Shown: positions 55,643 to 64,000 of the stretch, piece after piece
Layout of the letters: each line of letters opens with the position of its first letter
Position numbering within the stretch: position 1 is the first letter of the stretch
Virus record (IMG/VR): IMGVR_UViG_3300031957_002938
Coordinates: 1-64,000 of that record
Strand: one strand, 5' to 3'
Length of the DNA stretch: 64,000 nt
Source: a virus
The notes under the pieces: model-generated
Databases searched by the model: none
Seen by the model: only the letters and a program-made list of their open reading frames with translations
Told to the model about the DNA's origin: nothing
Made by a program: the position numbers and the translations under genes

Positions 55643-56902
55643 TTAATTATTGAATTCAAGCTTAATAGCTTTTGAAGTCCCAGCCAAACCAAGATAAACA
55701 TCGTCGCCTTTTACTAAAGGTGCTGTTGAGTATCCCGTCCCGATGCTCATAATACCAGAGCCGTCTTCAACAGTCAAGTTGCCATCTGAAAATTCATATT
55801 CATAATCTTTCCACTGTATCTCATAAGTCTCTGGATTAATCCTAAAACATTTTGTATCAGCCCAAAACGTGCTGTAAACCCAACCGTCAGGGGCTAAATA
55901 ACCTTGAAAGCTTTTGTTTTTATTAGCTACCGCCAAGAAATCTGGAGGCAAATCAATCTCTTCATAGCTATCGTCAGAACAATCAATGATAAGAATTTTT
56001 CTACCTGTTCTTGGGATGCAAAATACTTTATTAACTGATGCAACATATGTAGCTCCTACATATTTGACATCAAACCCACTGGTCCCAGATTTAACAGGTT
56101 CTCCCTCAAGATATTTAAAAACGCCATTTTTATCTATTTTAGCGACGCTTTGATTCAAAGCAGGGGGCATATAAATCTCTCCCTTTGCATCTGCTGCTGC
56201 ACCCCAAATATGGCCAAAAGCTGACCAAAATCCACCTTTGACTGGTTTATCTGGGGTGTATGATCCTACTTCTCCAGTATTTGTATCTAAAGTATAAATC
56301 TTTAGAGTCTTAGTGTATGAGGGCATATAAATAATACCATTTAACCCCTCTGCCCCAGATCTAATTTGAGGACTCGTCCTGAATTTTTTTTCTATGGTTA
56401 TAGAACCAGTCTTCCTACCAAGCTTACCAATAGAACTCGCATAAGCTGGCATAAAATAAGTGTATCCATCTGAAGCTTCAACAGTGCCGATAAAACCTTT
56501 ATAACCTAATTCATTTCTTTTTATAGAATCAGTAGCTGTATCAGTCTCAATATGCATATTCGACTTATAACCTAATGAATGAATTGTCCCGTTATCATCC
56601 ATAGCCATAGTGCGTGTTTTGGTAAGATTACCTACTATTTCATTTTTTAAATATTTAAAATTCGGCCAAGGCAAATTCCTTAAATTAATACTGACGCTCG
56701 TCGAACCGATGCCAACACTCGTCGAACCAATGCCAACGCTCGTCGAACCGATACCAACGCTCGTCGAACCGATACCAACGCTCGTCGAACCAATGCCAAC
56801 GCTCGTCGAACCGATACCAACTCTTGGAGACACAACCTCGTCAACTGCTTTGTTGTAACTTTTAAATAAGTTAATTATTTTTTTTATAAATCCAAAAAAC
56901 AT
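55643..56902 (-). CDS. Beta-propeller-like protein with N-terminal VGIGSTS repeats
   Basis: Repeated G.IY(F/M)P blades (DGYTYFMP, NGIIYMP, KGEIYMPP, NKVFCIP, DGWVY). Confidence 0.6.
   Translation of the reverse strand: MFFGFIKKIINLFKSYNKAVDEVVSPRVGIGSTSVGIGSTSVGIGSTSVGIGSTSVGIGSTSVGIGSTSVSINLRNLPWPNFKYLKNEIVGNLTKTRTMAMDDNGTIHSLGYKSNMHIETDTATDSIKRNELGYKGFIGTVEASDGYTYFMPAYASSIGKLGRKTGSITIEKKFRTSPQIRSGAEGLNGIIYMPSYTKTLKIYTLDTNTGEVGSYTPDKPVKGGFWSAFGHIWGAAADAKGEIYMPPALNQSVAKIDKNGVFKYLEGEPVKSGTSGFDVKYVGATYVASVNKVFCIPRTGRKILIIDCSDDSYEEIDLPPDFLAVANKNKSFQGYLAPDGWVYSTFWADTKCFRINPETYEIQWKDYEYEFSDGNLTVEDGSGIMSIGTGYSTAPLVKGDDVYLGLAGTSKAIKLEFNN
56694..56819 (-). repeat. 21-bp tandem repeat x6 encoding (VGIGSTS)6
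   Basis: acgctcgtcgaaccgatgcca units differing only at synonymous positions. Confidence 0.95.
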
Positions 56903-56907
56903 CTTTT

Positions 56908-57207
56908 TTAATAATCTAAAAGAACATACGTAGGTGCAATTTCAGAAATTTCTTTGCAGACACTTTCTATCTCTTGTTTTTCCATTTTCCGAGACAATCT
57001 CTTAAGCCTAGTGACCTCCCAACAAAACTTTTGGTATTCTTCGTTTTGGGTGATGTTTGTTCTAGTCTCGCTGTCGTAGACAAACGAGTCAAAAGTCTCG
57101 TATCTTGTCGGGTCGATACACCTCTCAATAGGATCAAAAACTGAATTACCAACAACCCAATTAAAGATATCATGGGTGTTGACCTTGATGTTGAATTTAT
57201 TCATCAA
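56908..57207 (-). CDS. Hypothetical protein
   Basis: Co-oriented ORF. Confidence 0.55.
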   Translation of the reverse strand: MMNKFNIKVNTHDIFNWVVGNSVFDPIERCIDPTRYETFDSFVYDSETRTNITQNEEYQKFCWEVTRLKRLSRKMEKQEIESVCKEISEIAPTYVLLDY

Positions 57208-57237
57208 GTATTATATATAGCGATAACTATATGTCTA

Positions 57238-57858
57238 CTAAACTATTCTGATTCTACTCCTGATTTTAGAGACATGGCGTTTCTTCTCTAATACGGAGCC
57301 ACCTTCTCTACTACCAGCGCCATTAGTATTGCCTTCTATAGTGATAACATAACCACTAGAATCAATGTCTTTTACAGCGAGACCTATATGAGAGAATGAG
57401 AAAACAACAATGTCACCAGCTTTGATGTCCTCATTCGTTGGCTTACGTAGGTCTACACCTTTACCAGATTGTTGTTTAGCCCAATTTTCAAAATCCCAAG
57501 CACCCGCAGTTCTAGGACGTTTAAAAGAAACGTCTTCTCCTTCTATAGCTTCTCTGACTAGCCAACAAATAAAAGCCGCGCACCAAGGCCAACCTTTATC
57601 TGGGTCTAACCAAGTAGCAGCTTTATATTGATCTACTCTTGGGCCACAATTACTACCATCAACTTCTGATACTCCTATCTCTCCGCGAGCTAATTGAACC
57701 ATTTTATCTCCTATACCACCAGAGAGATTAACGGCTTCTTTTGTAGATAGTTCCGCTAATATAGCATTCCAAGTTACAGGTCCATCAGCACCATCAGAAG
57801 AAACACCGAGGAGTTTTTGAATCGCTTTTACAACTTCTTTTTTACCTTTAAAATTCAT
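57238..57858 (-). CDS. Endolysin: peptidoglycan-binding domain plus CHAP amidase
   Basis: IQKLLGVSSDGADGPVTW; PWCAAFICW, HIG and IEGNT CHAP motifs. Confidence 0.9.
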   Translation of the reverse strand: MNFKGKKEVVKAIQKLLGVSSDGADGPVTWNAILAELSTKEAVNLSGGIGDKMVQLARGEIGVSEVDGSNCGPRVDQYKAATWLDPDKGWPWCAAFICWLVREAIEGEDVSFKRPRTAGAWDFENWAKQQSGKGVDLRKPTNEDIKAGDIVVFSFSHIGLAVKDIDSSGYVITIEGNTNGAGSREGGSVLEKKRHVSKIRSRIRIV

Positions 57859-58463
57859 TACGCACACTTTCTACTAAATCCAGTACATATCGACATTACA
57901 ACACATAATACGATAGCCAAGATCATAAAATCTCTATAAGTCGAAATTTCATTATTTAAAATTTCAGATTGAGCTTCATTATAATACATTTTTATATCCA
58001 TTATTTGATTAATAGCGTCAATCGTGGGGTCGGTCATCTCATACATTACAGGAACTGAAGCTTTAATTTTATCTACCTCACCAGCTTGACCCCATTTAAT
58101 TAACTTATCTACATACAAAGTTATTTTTTCTTCTTGATCAAAAACAAATTGAGCGAATTCTTTTTCTTCAGAAGTAATATTTTTTTTATAATCTTTTAGA
58201 AGTTTATCTTTATTAACCCTTTCCTCTTCTAAAACATCCACCATTTCTAAAGGAGTAATGACTCCATGAGAAGTTTTAACTACGGAATCGACTATAATTA
58301 CTCCATACCAATCAAAACACATCCCTATTTCCATAATAGAAGACTCCGATTGCCTAGCATTTTCTTTTAAGGTCGATTCGATATTCTCCGTAAGAATTAA
58401 ACCTTTCCAAGCAAAGCAAAGGGAAATAGCAGCTAAACAATAAACTATAAATTTAGGTCTCAT
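57858..58463 (-). CDS. Two-TM protein with a periplasmic four-helix-bundle (chemoreceptor sensor-like) domain
   Basis: N- and C-terminal TMs flanking a helical domain, VMYEMTDPTIDAINQIMD. Confidence 0.55.
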   Translation of the reverse strand: MRPKFIVYCLAAISLCFAWKGLILTENIESTLKENARQSESSIMEIGMCFDWYGVIIVDSVVKTSHGVITPLEMVDVLEEERVNKDKLLKDYKKNITSEEKEFAQFVFDQEEKITLYVDKLIKWGQAGEVDKIKASVPVMYEMTDPTIDAINQIMDIKMYYNEAQSEILNNEISTYRDFMILAIVLCVVMSICTGFSRKCA

Positions 58464-58777
58464 CTTTTAATAAATTTCGCTGGGTTTTTAGCGAATTTTT
58501 CTCCTAGACGCACAATTCCAGCAATTATTTCAGGGCTAATTACACCAATAATACCATAAGTAACTGCTTTCGTAAGAGAGGATACATCTGTTTGCTCTAA
58601 AACAAACCAAGCAATACCAGCAGATATGGCTGCTGTTAATACTCTTTTTAATTGTTGTTTTATTGATAATCCATTATGACCAGACAAAAGTCTAGCAAAC
58701 ATAGCTGCTGCGCCGACTAGAGGTACTAACCATCCCCCATTTAAAAACTCTCTTAAAATAGACTTTTCAGGTTCCAT
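58460..58777 (-). CDS. Holin (three TM)
   Basis: 105 aa, three hydrophobic helices, basic C-terminus; in the lysis cluster. Confidence 0.7.
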   Translation of the reverse strand: MEPEKSILREFLNGGWLVPLVGAAAMFARLLSGHNGLSIKQQLKRVLTAAISAGIAWFVLEQTDVSSLTKAVTYGIIGVISPEIIAGIVRLGEKFAKNPAKFIKR

Positions 58778-58799
58778 GTTTAATTAATTACACGGAATA

Positions 58800-58829
58800 T
58801 AAAAAAAGCCCCCCTTTCGGGAGGCTTTT
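58800..58829 (-). terminator. Rho-independent terminator after the outer-membrane protein gene
   Basis: AGCCTCCC-GAAA-GGGGGGCT-T7 on the minus strand. Confidence 0.85.
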
Positions 58830-58853
58830 AATAACAATTTTTTTAGTCTGTTA

Positions 58854-59546
58854 TTAGAATTCGTATTTAAATCCTAGTCCAAAGTTCCAATCATGATCAA
58901 GACTATATGGTGAATTGTCTACATCATTGTGGTTATAAGTAGCTTTAGCTGCGACTGAAAGTCCGTTGCCAAAATCATAATCAACAACTGTCCCAACCTC
59001 TACTGCGTTGTAAGAGTTAGCTAAGTTAGTTGTGATAAATGGAATGACGCTAAGATTAGCGACTGGAGTTTCAAAGATTCGGGAAGCAGTAAGCTCTACA
59101 CCGTAGGAAGCGCTTGATCCAAGCTCATGCCAAACAGTTGCACTTACGTCAGCCAACTCATGAGAGTAAGCTAAACCCAAACCAACTTGCTCCCAACCTC
59201 CGAAATCAGTTTCTACCTTTTGGAAAGATACTTTAGCATCGAAAGCTTGACCCAAAAAATCGACACCTCTACTCCAAGAAACATCAACCTGTGAATCAGT
59301 GTCATTATCTGTTTCGAAGAGACCTACACCAGCAGAAAGAGATCCTCCACCAACATCAGTGCCGAGAAGAAGAGAATAGTTAAATGCATCATCTCTTACT
59401 TTTAGACCCCTAGTGTTTGTTAATTCAGTGTGAGAAACTCCGAGATCTACAGAGATACCTTGAGTAAGGCTAGAAGAAGTTTCGGTTCCTGCGCTACTGA
59501 AAGCAGCGCCCAACATAGTCATAAGACCAATTACTAGTTTTTTCAT
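58854..59546 (-). CDS. Outer-membrane beta-barrel protein
   Basis: Sec signal peptide, alternating beta strands, C-terminal BAM signal FGLGFKYEF. Confidence 0.8.
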   Translation of the reverse strand: MKKLVIGLMTMLGAAFSSAGTETSSSLTQGISVDLGVSHTELTNTRGLKVRDDAFNYSLLLGTDVGGGSLSAGVGLFETDNDTDSQVDVSWSRGVDFLGQAFDAKVSFQKVETDFGGWEQVGLGLAYSHELADVSATVWHELGSSASYGVELTASRIFETPVANLSVIPFITTNLANSYNAVEVGTVVDYDFGNGLSVAAKATYNHNDVDNSPYSLDHDWNFGLGFKYEF

Positions 59547-59604
59547 ATATATTTTCTATTATTACAATTTTTTAATTTTTGTCAAATAAAAGTTACACTA
59601 AAAG

Positions 59605-59847
59605 TTATTTTCCAGAGTAAATTTCTCTTTCTAATCTACGGAAACGAGCATCTGAATGCCAAACTTCATCAGTTTGAGGTGTATAAATACCCTCTTTAGT
59701 CTGTATTGGAAGCCCCTTGTCCAGTTTTAGAATAGAAGGTTGATAAATGTTTAAACTGTTTACGCTCATCAGCGAGTTGCTGGCGCAAGAGGTCAGCCCT
59801 ATCAGCGTCATCGCTAGTGCCATTTTGCCTAAGTTTTTCAATTTCAT
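59605..59847 (-). CDS. Lipoprotein, putative o-spanin (Rz1-like)
   Basis: Lipobox LTSC; overlaps the upstream gene in another frame. Confidence 0.65.
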   Translation of the reverse strand: MKLKNLGKMALAMTLIGLTSCASNSLMSVNSLNIYQPSILKLDKGLPIQTKEGIYTPQTDEVWHSDARFRRLEREIYSGK

Positions 59848-59965
59848 TAATAAGTTTTACTTCTGTTTGTTGATGTTCCTTATGTAAATCGTAATAAAAT
59901 TTATTATTTTTTATATTTAAAAATAATTCTAAAGATTTTAAAATAGATTTAATTATGGAAAACAT
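59696..59965 (-). CDS. Putative i-spanin (Rz-like)
   Basis: Amphipathic N-terminal anchor plus coiled coil; partially overlaps the lipoprotein gene. Confidence 0.55.
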   Translation of the reverse strand: MFSIIKSILKSLELFLNIKNNKFYYDLHKEHQQTEVKLINEIEKLRQNGTSDDADRADLLRQQLADERKQFKHLSTFYSKTGQGASNTD

Positions 59966-60162
59966 TATTTTTTGGCTTTCTTACTATAATCAAAAATAAG
60001 TTTTTCTGTAACATCGCCGTCATAGACTTCTTTTACAACGCCTCTAACTGCTTTAGCACAATCAATAGCCCAATCGCGAGAACCTTTTAGCTTTGCACTG
60101 TAGCCATGATGATACTCGCCCTTCTTCGTATATACCCTGTAAAGGATAGGTTTCGATTTCAT
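59965..60162 (-). CDS. Hypothetical protein
   Basis: Coupled ORF. Confidence 0.55.
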   Translation of the reverse strand: MKSKPILYRVYTKKGEYHHGYSAKLKGSRDWAIDCAKAVRGVVKEVYDGDVTEKLIFDYSKKAKK

Positions 60163-60869
60163 TTATTTGGTATAAATTGCAGGGAGATATTCCCTACATT
60201 GTTTTCATTATCAGAGATAAGTCCATTTAGAAGAACAGATTCAGAGAGAAAGTCAACCCCTTTTTCATCTAAAAGGTAAATTTCTTCATCAATAGCAATT
60301 TCTCTTAGCAATCCATGCTTAACTCTTCGAGTTGATCTAAGGAACGCATCCTTACCAACTAAATGTTCAGTTGCTTTATTTGTTCCTACTACTTTGAATT
60401 TAACGGTCATAATATTTTTATTACAGAAAATTACAGTGTTGTCCTCGTCATTGAGGATAATAGCGTTTTTGCAATATTTTTCAATCCATTTTTTGAAAGA
60501 CCTAACTTTAAAAGTGCGCCTGATTTCACTTTTTAAATAAGCTTTATCAGAGTCTTCAAGAGCTTTTTTTACCAAAAGACGAGCTGTTGATGCGAGCTTA
60601 AAGTTGCCAGCTTTTGAAGAAATACCAAAAATAAAAACTAAATCTAAACACATCTGCTCTTCTTTGATAAACGAAAAAGCAAATGGCCCGTCTTCTTTTT
60701 CAACTTTATAAACCCTGTAAGACGAAAATTCTTCGAATACGTTTTTTATTTTATAATCCCTTAAAGCTTTTGATTTGAGAGAGCAGAAGTCATAAGGTTT
60801 TGATTTTACACAAAACTCATAAAAATATGGCCATACTTCAGCAGGGTCTTTTACCTGTGTAATTTTCAC
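60159..60869 (-). CDS. Hypothetical protein
   Basis: Long ORF with GTG start. Confidence 0.55.
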   Translation of the reverse strand: MKITQVKDPAEVWPYFYEFCVKSKPYDFCSLKSKALRDYKIKNVFEEFSSYRVYKVEKEDGPFAFSFIKEEQMCLDLVFIFGISSKAGNFKLASTARLLVKKALEDSDKAYLKSEIRRTFKVRSFKKWIEKYCKNAIILNDEDNTVIFCNKNIMTVKFKVVGTNKATEHLVGKDAFLRSTRRVKHGLLREIAIDEEIYLLDEKGVDFLSESVLLNGLISDNENNVGNISLQFIPNK

Positions 60870-60910
60870 TTCTTTTTTATATTATATAATAATAAAGTGT
60901 AATTTAAAAT

Positions 60911-63064
60911 ATGGCGGCAGAAGGAAAAAACAAAGTAGCAAGTAGTCTATTAGACCTACAACCGACCGCCATACTAGAATTATTTAGGGTTTTCCCCGAC
61001 AGAATTAACAAACCCACTTTGTTTTTAGGGTTTCACGGAGGTGCTGTTTATGAAAAATCAATTGTTTGGCAAGGAGTAGAATATTTGCCGTTAGCTGTAG
61101 AAACAGAAGGCTTTGATATATTGGGAGATGGTAAGCTAGCTAGACCAAAAATAAGAGTAGCCAATCAAAACAATATCATCACTAATTTCCTACAAAATTA
61201 TAAGGATTTTAAGAATGCTAAGATAGTTAGAAAGAGAGTATCTGTAAAATTTATAGACGATGTGAACTTTGAAGGAGGAAACCCTTTCGGTTCAGCAGAT
61301 CCTAAAGCAGAACTAACGGATGAAACATGGTTAATGGGCAGAAAAACCCAAGAATCAAAGATATTTGTTGAGTTTGAATTAAATTCTCCATTAGATTTAG
61401 AAAATTTTTCAGTCAACAATAGAAATATCGTATCTAAGTTCTGTTACTGGCAATATAGAGGGGAAGGATGTAGATATGCTGGAATCCCTATAGAAAGAGC
61501 TGATGGAGATAAATTTCTAGATCCCACTGGGGGACCAGTCGTTCCTAAATATAGGCCAGAAGGGAATGCAAATCCTGCCGCTGCTGCATCTCCAACATAT
61601 TTTTTAGCTGATCGAAATGCGATATGGAACCCCACAAAAGAATATATAAAAGGAGATATAGCTGTCACTGAAAGCCCGACAATTCTTTTACCTAGCCCGA
61701 ATCCTAATGAAGATGGCAAACCTTTAAAAACAGTTTTTGTTTGTGTCTCTGGTAACAGCGGTCAATCCCCAGAAGGTAATCCTACATATTGGCAAAGAGA
61801 TGGTTGCACTAAAAAATTATCAGCCTGTCGCAAAAGATTTAATGATATCGATTTAGTGAGTTTTATATCTGCACAAAATATACAAAGTGGTTTCAGTGGA
61901 ATCAGAATATCAGGCTCATCGAGTGAAAATAATCACTTAATCCCAAATCACACAGGGTTATTTCATTCTACAGAACAAGGATTAACTGGCCATTTCACAG
62001 GAGCATGGACAATTATGGGATGGGTAAATATTAATACAAACAGCCCTGTAGGGGCTGGGGTCTTAAGCACCACACCTAGAGATGATCAGAATTGGCCGAA
62101 TATGCAATTCTTAAACATCAATGCTAATACAACCACACAAACACAAGATGGTAGTAGCTCAAGAAAAATAAGAGGTAACAAAACGAACACAATTGCCGCT
62201 AACTATTTAGGCTATAAAATTAATAGTACAAGCACAAATGCCGACAAGAACGCTTTTAGAAATGTTTCCCTCCACGAAGAACAAAACGGCGGGGATTCAA
62301 GAGAATGGGTCCAATATGTAATCACTAACAGCACAGGAACAGCTAATTTTATTAATGGTGAGGGCGCAGAACAAGATACAATTATAAAATTCTTTGTAAA
62401 TGGTGTCAGTAAATCTGCTGATAATACTACTAGGTTTGCTAGACATGGACTGGATCGGGAAAACCAATTATTATCACAGAATCTTGGAAACTTCGGCAGT
62501 TTAGCGGAGAGACTAGCAACAACCAGTTTAGCTCACCAGCCTGTCGCCGCGCCAGCATTACCTCAAACATTTATGTTGGGAGCTGTGGAATATTACCCAG
62601 GAAGGATAGGTTATGATACCAGATTCGGAGGCGTTACAACCCCTTACACGACTTCTATGAACGGATGCCTTGGACCGTGGGCTGTTTGGAATAGAGCTAT
62701 TAATCAAGAAGAGATCGGTTTTCTATATAAAAGCATAAGAACTCCAAATGGAGTTACAAACTCTTTAGATTTTGTCCCAAGAGATTATTATGAATGCACA
62801 GGGACATACAGCGGTGTGACTGGAGATGGATTAATCGCTTGGTGGGATGGGTCTACAGGTAATATGAGTATCGGTAACGGGATGGTAGATATACATACTG
62901 TCGGGCCTTATCATTTAACAGGTAGTGGAGAATTCGAAGCTATTGAAGAAAGCTACCAAGAAGCCCCACAAACACTTTTACCAAACCCGACACCTAAATT
63001 TCCAAGATTTGGTGGATTCCCAGGAACTGACGGATTTAGCTATGGCAGAAACGCACAAATGTAA
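60911..63064 (+). CDS. Lambda gpL-like tail tip protein with a large LamG/concanavalin-like insertion
   Basis: WQG.EY.P..., RP.IRVAN, CYWQYRGEGC, DGCTKKLSACRKRF and terminal FGGFPG. Confidence 0.88.
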   Translation: MAAEGKNKVASSLLDLQPTAILELFRVFPDRINKPTLFLGFHGGAVYEKSIVWQGVEYLPLAVETEGFDILGDGKLARPKIRVANQNNIITNFLQNYKDFKNAKIVRKRVSVKFIDDVNFEGGNPFGSADPKAELTDETWLMGRKTQESKIFVEFELNSPLDLENFSVNNRNIVSKFCYWQYRGEGCRYAGIPIERADGDKFLDPTGGPVVPKYRPEGNANPAAAASPTYFLADRNAIWNPTKEYIKGDIAVTESPTILLPSPNPNEDGKPLKTVFVCVSGNSGQSPEGNPTYWQRDGCTKKLSACRKRFNDIDLVSFISAQNIQSGFSGIRISGSSSENNHLIPNHTGLFHSTEQGLTGHFTGAWTIMGWVNINTNSPVGAGVLSTTPRDDQNWPNMQFLNINANTTTQTQDGSSSRKIRGNKTNTIAANYLGYKINSTSTNADKNAFRNVSLHEEQNGGDSREWVQYVITNSTGTANFINGEGAEQDTIIKFFVNGVSKSADNTTRFARHGLDRENQLLSQNLGNFGSLAERLATTSLAHQPVAAPALPQTFMLGAVEYYPGRIGYDTRFGGVTTPYTTSMNGCLGPWAVWNRAINQEEIGFLYKSIRTPNGVTNSLDFVPRDYYECTGTYSGVTGDGLIAWWDGSTGNMSIGNGMVDIHTVGPYHLTGSGEFEAIEESYQEAPQTLLPNPTPKFPRFGGFPGTDGFSYGRNAQM

Positions 63065-63449
63065 AGGAGAAGTTTCAGCTCTCCATAAGATAAAAGAAAT
63101 AGCTCACAAGTATTTTACGAAGGAGATATGTGGTTTTCTTGGGTATGATCATGAAAATAAAGAATTTATTGTGCAATTAGAAGACAATGTTTCTGAAGAC
63201 CCTAGATCATATTTTTTAATAAATCCTCTAAGTTATTTATTGTTTAAAGATTCCTACGATATGGTAGCCGTTTTCCACAGTCATTTGATAGGAGATGAAA
63301 CAGAATCTGAATTTGATATCAAAATGTCTGACAATTGCTGCCAACCATTTTTGATTTATAGTTTAAATACAAAAAAAATAAATATTTATACGCCCAAAAC
63401 CATAGAAGCTGATGTAAATATACTAGAAAGGATTAAGGCAGTAGCATGA
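63042..63449 (+). CDS. Lambda gpK-like JAB/Mov34 tail assembly protein (start ATG 63042)
   Basis: EICGF, FHSH, SEFD JAMM motif. Confidence 0.85.
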   Translation: MAETHKCKGEVSALHKIKEIAHKYFTKEICGFLGYDHENKEFIVQLEDNVSEDPRSYFLINPLSYLLFKDSYDMVAVFHSHLIGDETESEFDIKMSDNCCQPFLIYSLNTKKINIYTPKTIEADVNILERIKAVA

Positions 63450-64000
63450 CACAAGTATACATACATGGAATTTTGGCTCGGGAATACGGCGATAATTTTA
63501 AATTGAGCCTACCAAACCCAAAAGATGTCTTAGAGGCTATAGATTGTAATAGGATTGGTTTTATTCAAAGGTTAGTGGAATTACAAAAACAAGGATTTTG
63601 CTACGATATTATAATAGACAAAAAAAGAGTCACCCAAGAAGAACATATGACAGGGGTCAAAAACCCTAAAACTATAGATTTAGTTCCAGCTATCACAGGA
63701 GCAGGACCATTCGCGGGTGTTTTTCTTTTTTTAGGCTCGGGAACCCTTTTAGCTAACATAGCCGTTTCACTTATATTCGCTGCGATTTCTTACGCTTTAA
63801 CACCTAAACCAGAAGTAGAAGCTTTGGAGATCGAGGCAGATGCATCTAAATCTTCCCTTATATTCAGTAATACAGTCAATGTAGCTAGCCAAGGTTCCCC
63901 AGTCCCGATTGGATATGGTAGATTAAAGGTAGGTTCACAAGTGATACAAGCCACAATTAAATCATTTCCTCAACATCAAGCGCCACAAGAATCTTTAGGG
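63446..64000 (+). CDS. Lambda gpI-like tail assembly protein (partial, not in ORF track)
   Basis: MTQVYIHGILAREYG...IDLVPAITG...NVASQGSPVPIGYGRLKVGSQVI. Confidence 0.88.
   Translation, partial: MTQVYIHGILAREYGDNFKLSLPNPKDVLEAIDCNRIGFIQRLVELQKQGFCYDIIIDKKRVTQEEHMTGVKNPKTIDLVPAITGAGPFAGVFLFLGSGTLLANIAVSLIFAAISYALTPKPEVEALEIEADASKSSLIFSNTVNVASQGSPVPIGYGRLKVGSQVIQATIKSFPQHQAPQESLG

Noticed and set aside
1-64000. Alternative genetic code (stop-codon reassignment)
   Set aside because: Conserved genes are full length in the standard bacterial code, and TAA, TAG and TGA all terminate genes
55643-64000. Diversity-generating retroelement acting on tail or adhesin genes
   Set aside because: No reverse transcriptase and no template/variable repeat pair noticed in the window

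Overview
The whole 64 kb is part of a large, AT-rich tailed dsDNA phage genome with a siphovirus-type tail. No integrase or host housekeeping genes are visible. Contents in order: a glycosyltransferase/GNAT cluster and nrdAB (0-6 kb); sigma factor, SSB, glycosyltransferase and Hsp20 (6-9 kb); a morphogenesis block split across both strands, with tail-tube paralogues, a 2132-aa tape measure, chaperones, neck, capsid, protease/scaffold, portal and terminase (9-37 kb); an early region of small leaderless genes, most with their own sigma70-type promoter (37.5-44.4 kb); a minus-strand accessory region with tRNA-Leu, SprT, RuvB-like ATPase, DenV-like glycosylase, endonuclease VII, MazG and PPase (44.5-57 kb); a lysis cluster that also holds an outer-membrane beta-barrel gene (57-60 kb); and lambda-like gpL/gpK/gpI tail-tip genes (61-64 kb). 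The most striking unexplained signal is five copies of an exactly 77-bp element in the early region: a 27-bp palindrome, a 23-bp GC-rich spacer and a second 27-bp palindrome. The copies lie 1.0-1.4 kb apart, three forward and two inverted, and the orientation flips across a DUF932-like gene. Other signals are a second strand-polar motif (TATTTA-N12-YGAYCTG), a GTGTAA candidate late promoter, and strong S/T-G dipeptide enrichment in tail and neck proteins, possibly a glycosylation sequon. All functional calls come from recognising motifs by eye; no searches were run.
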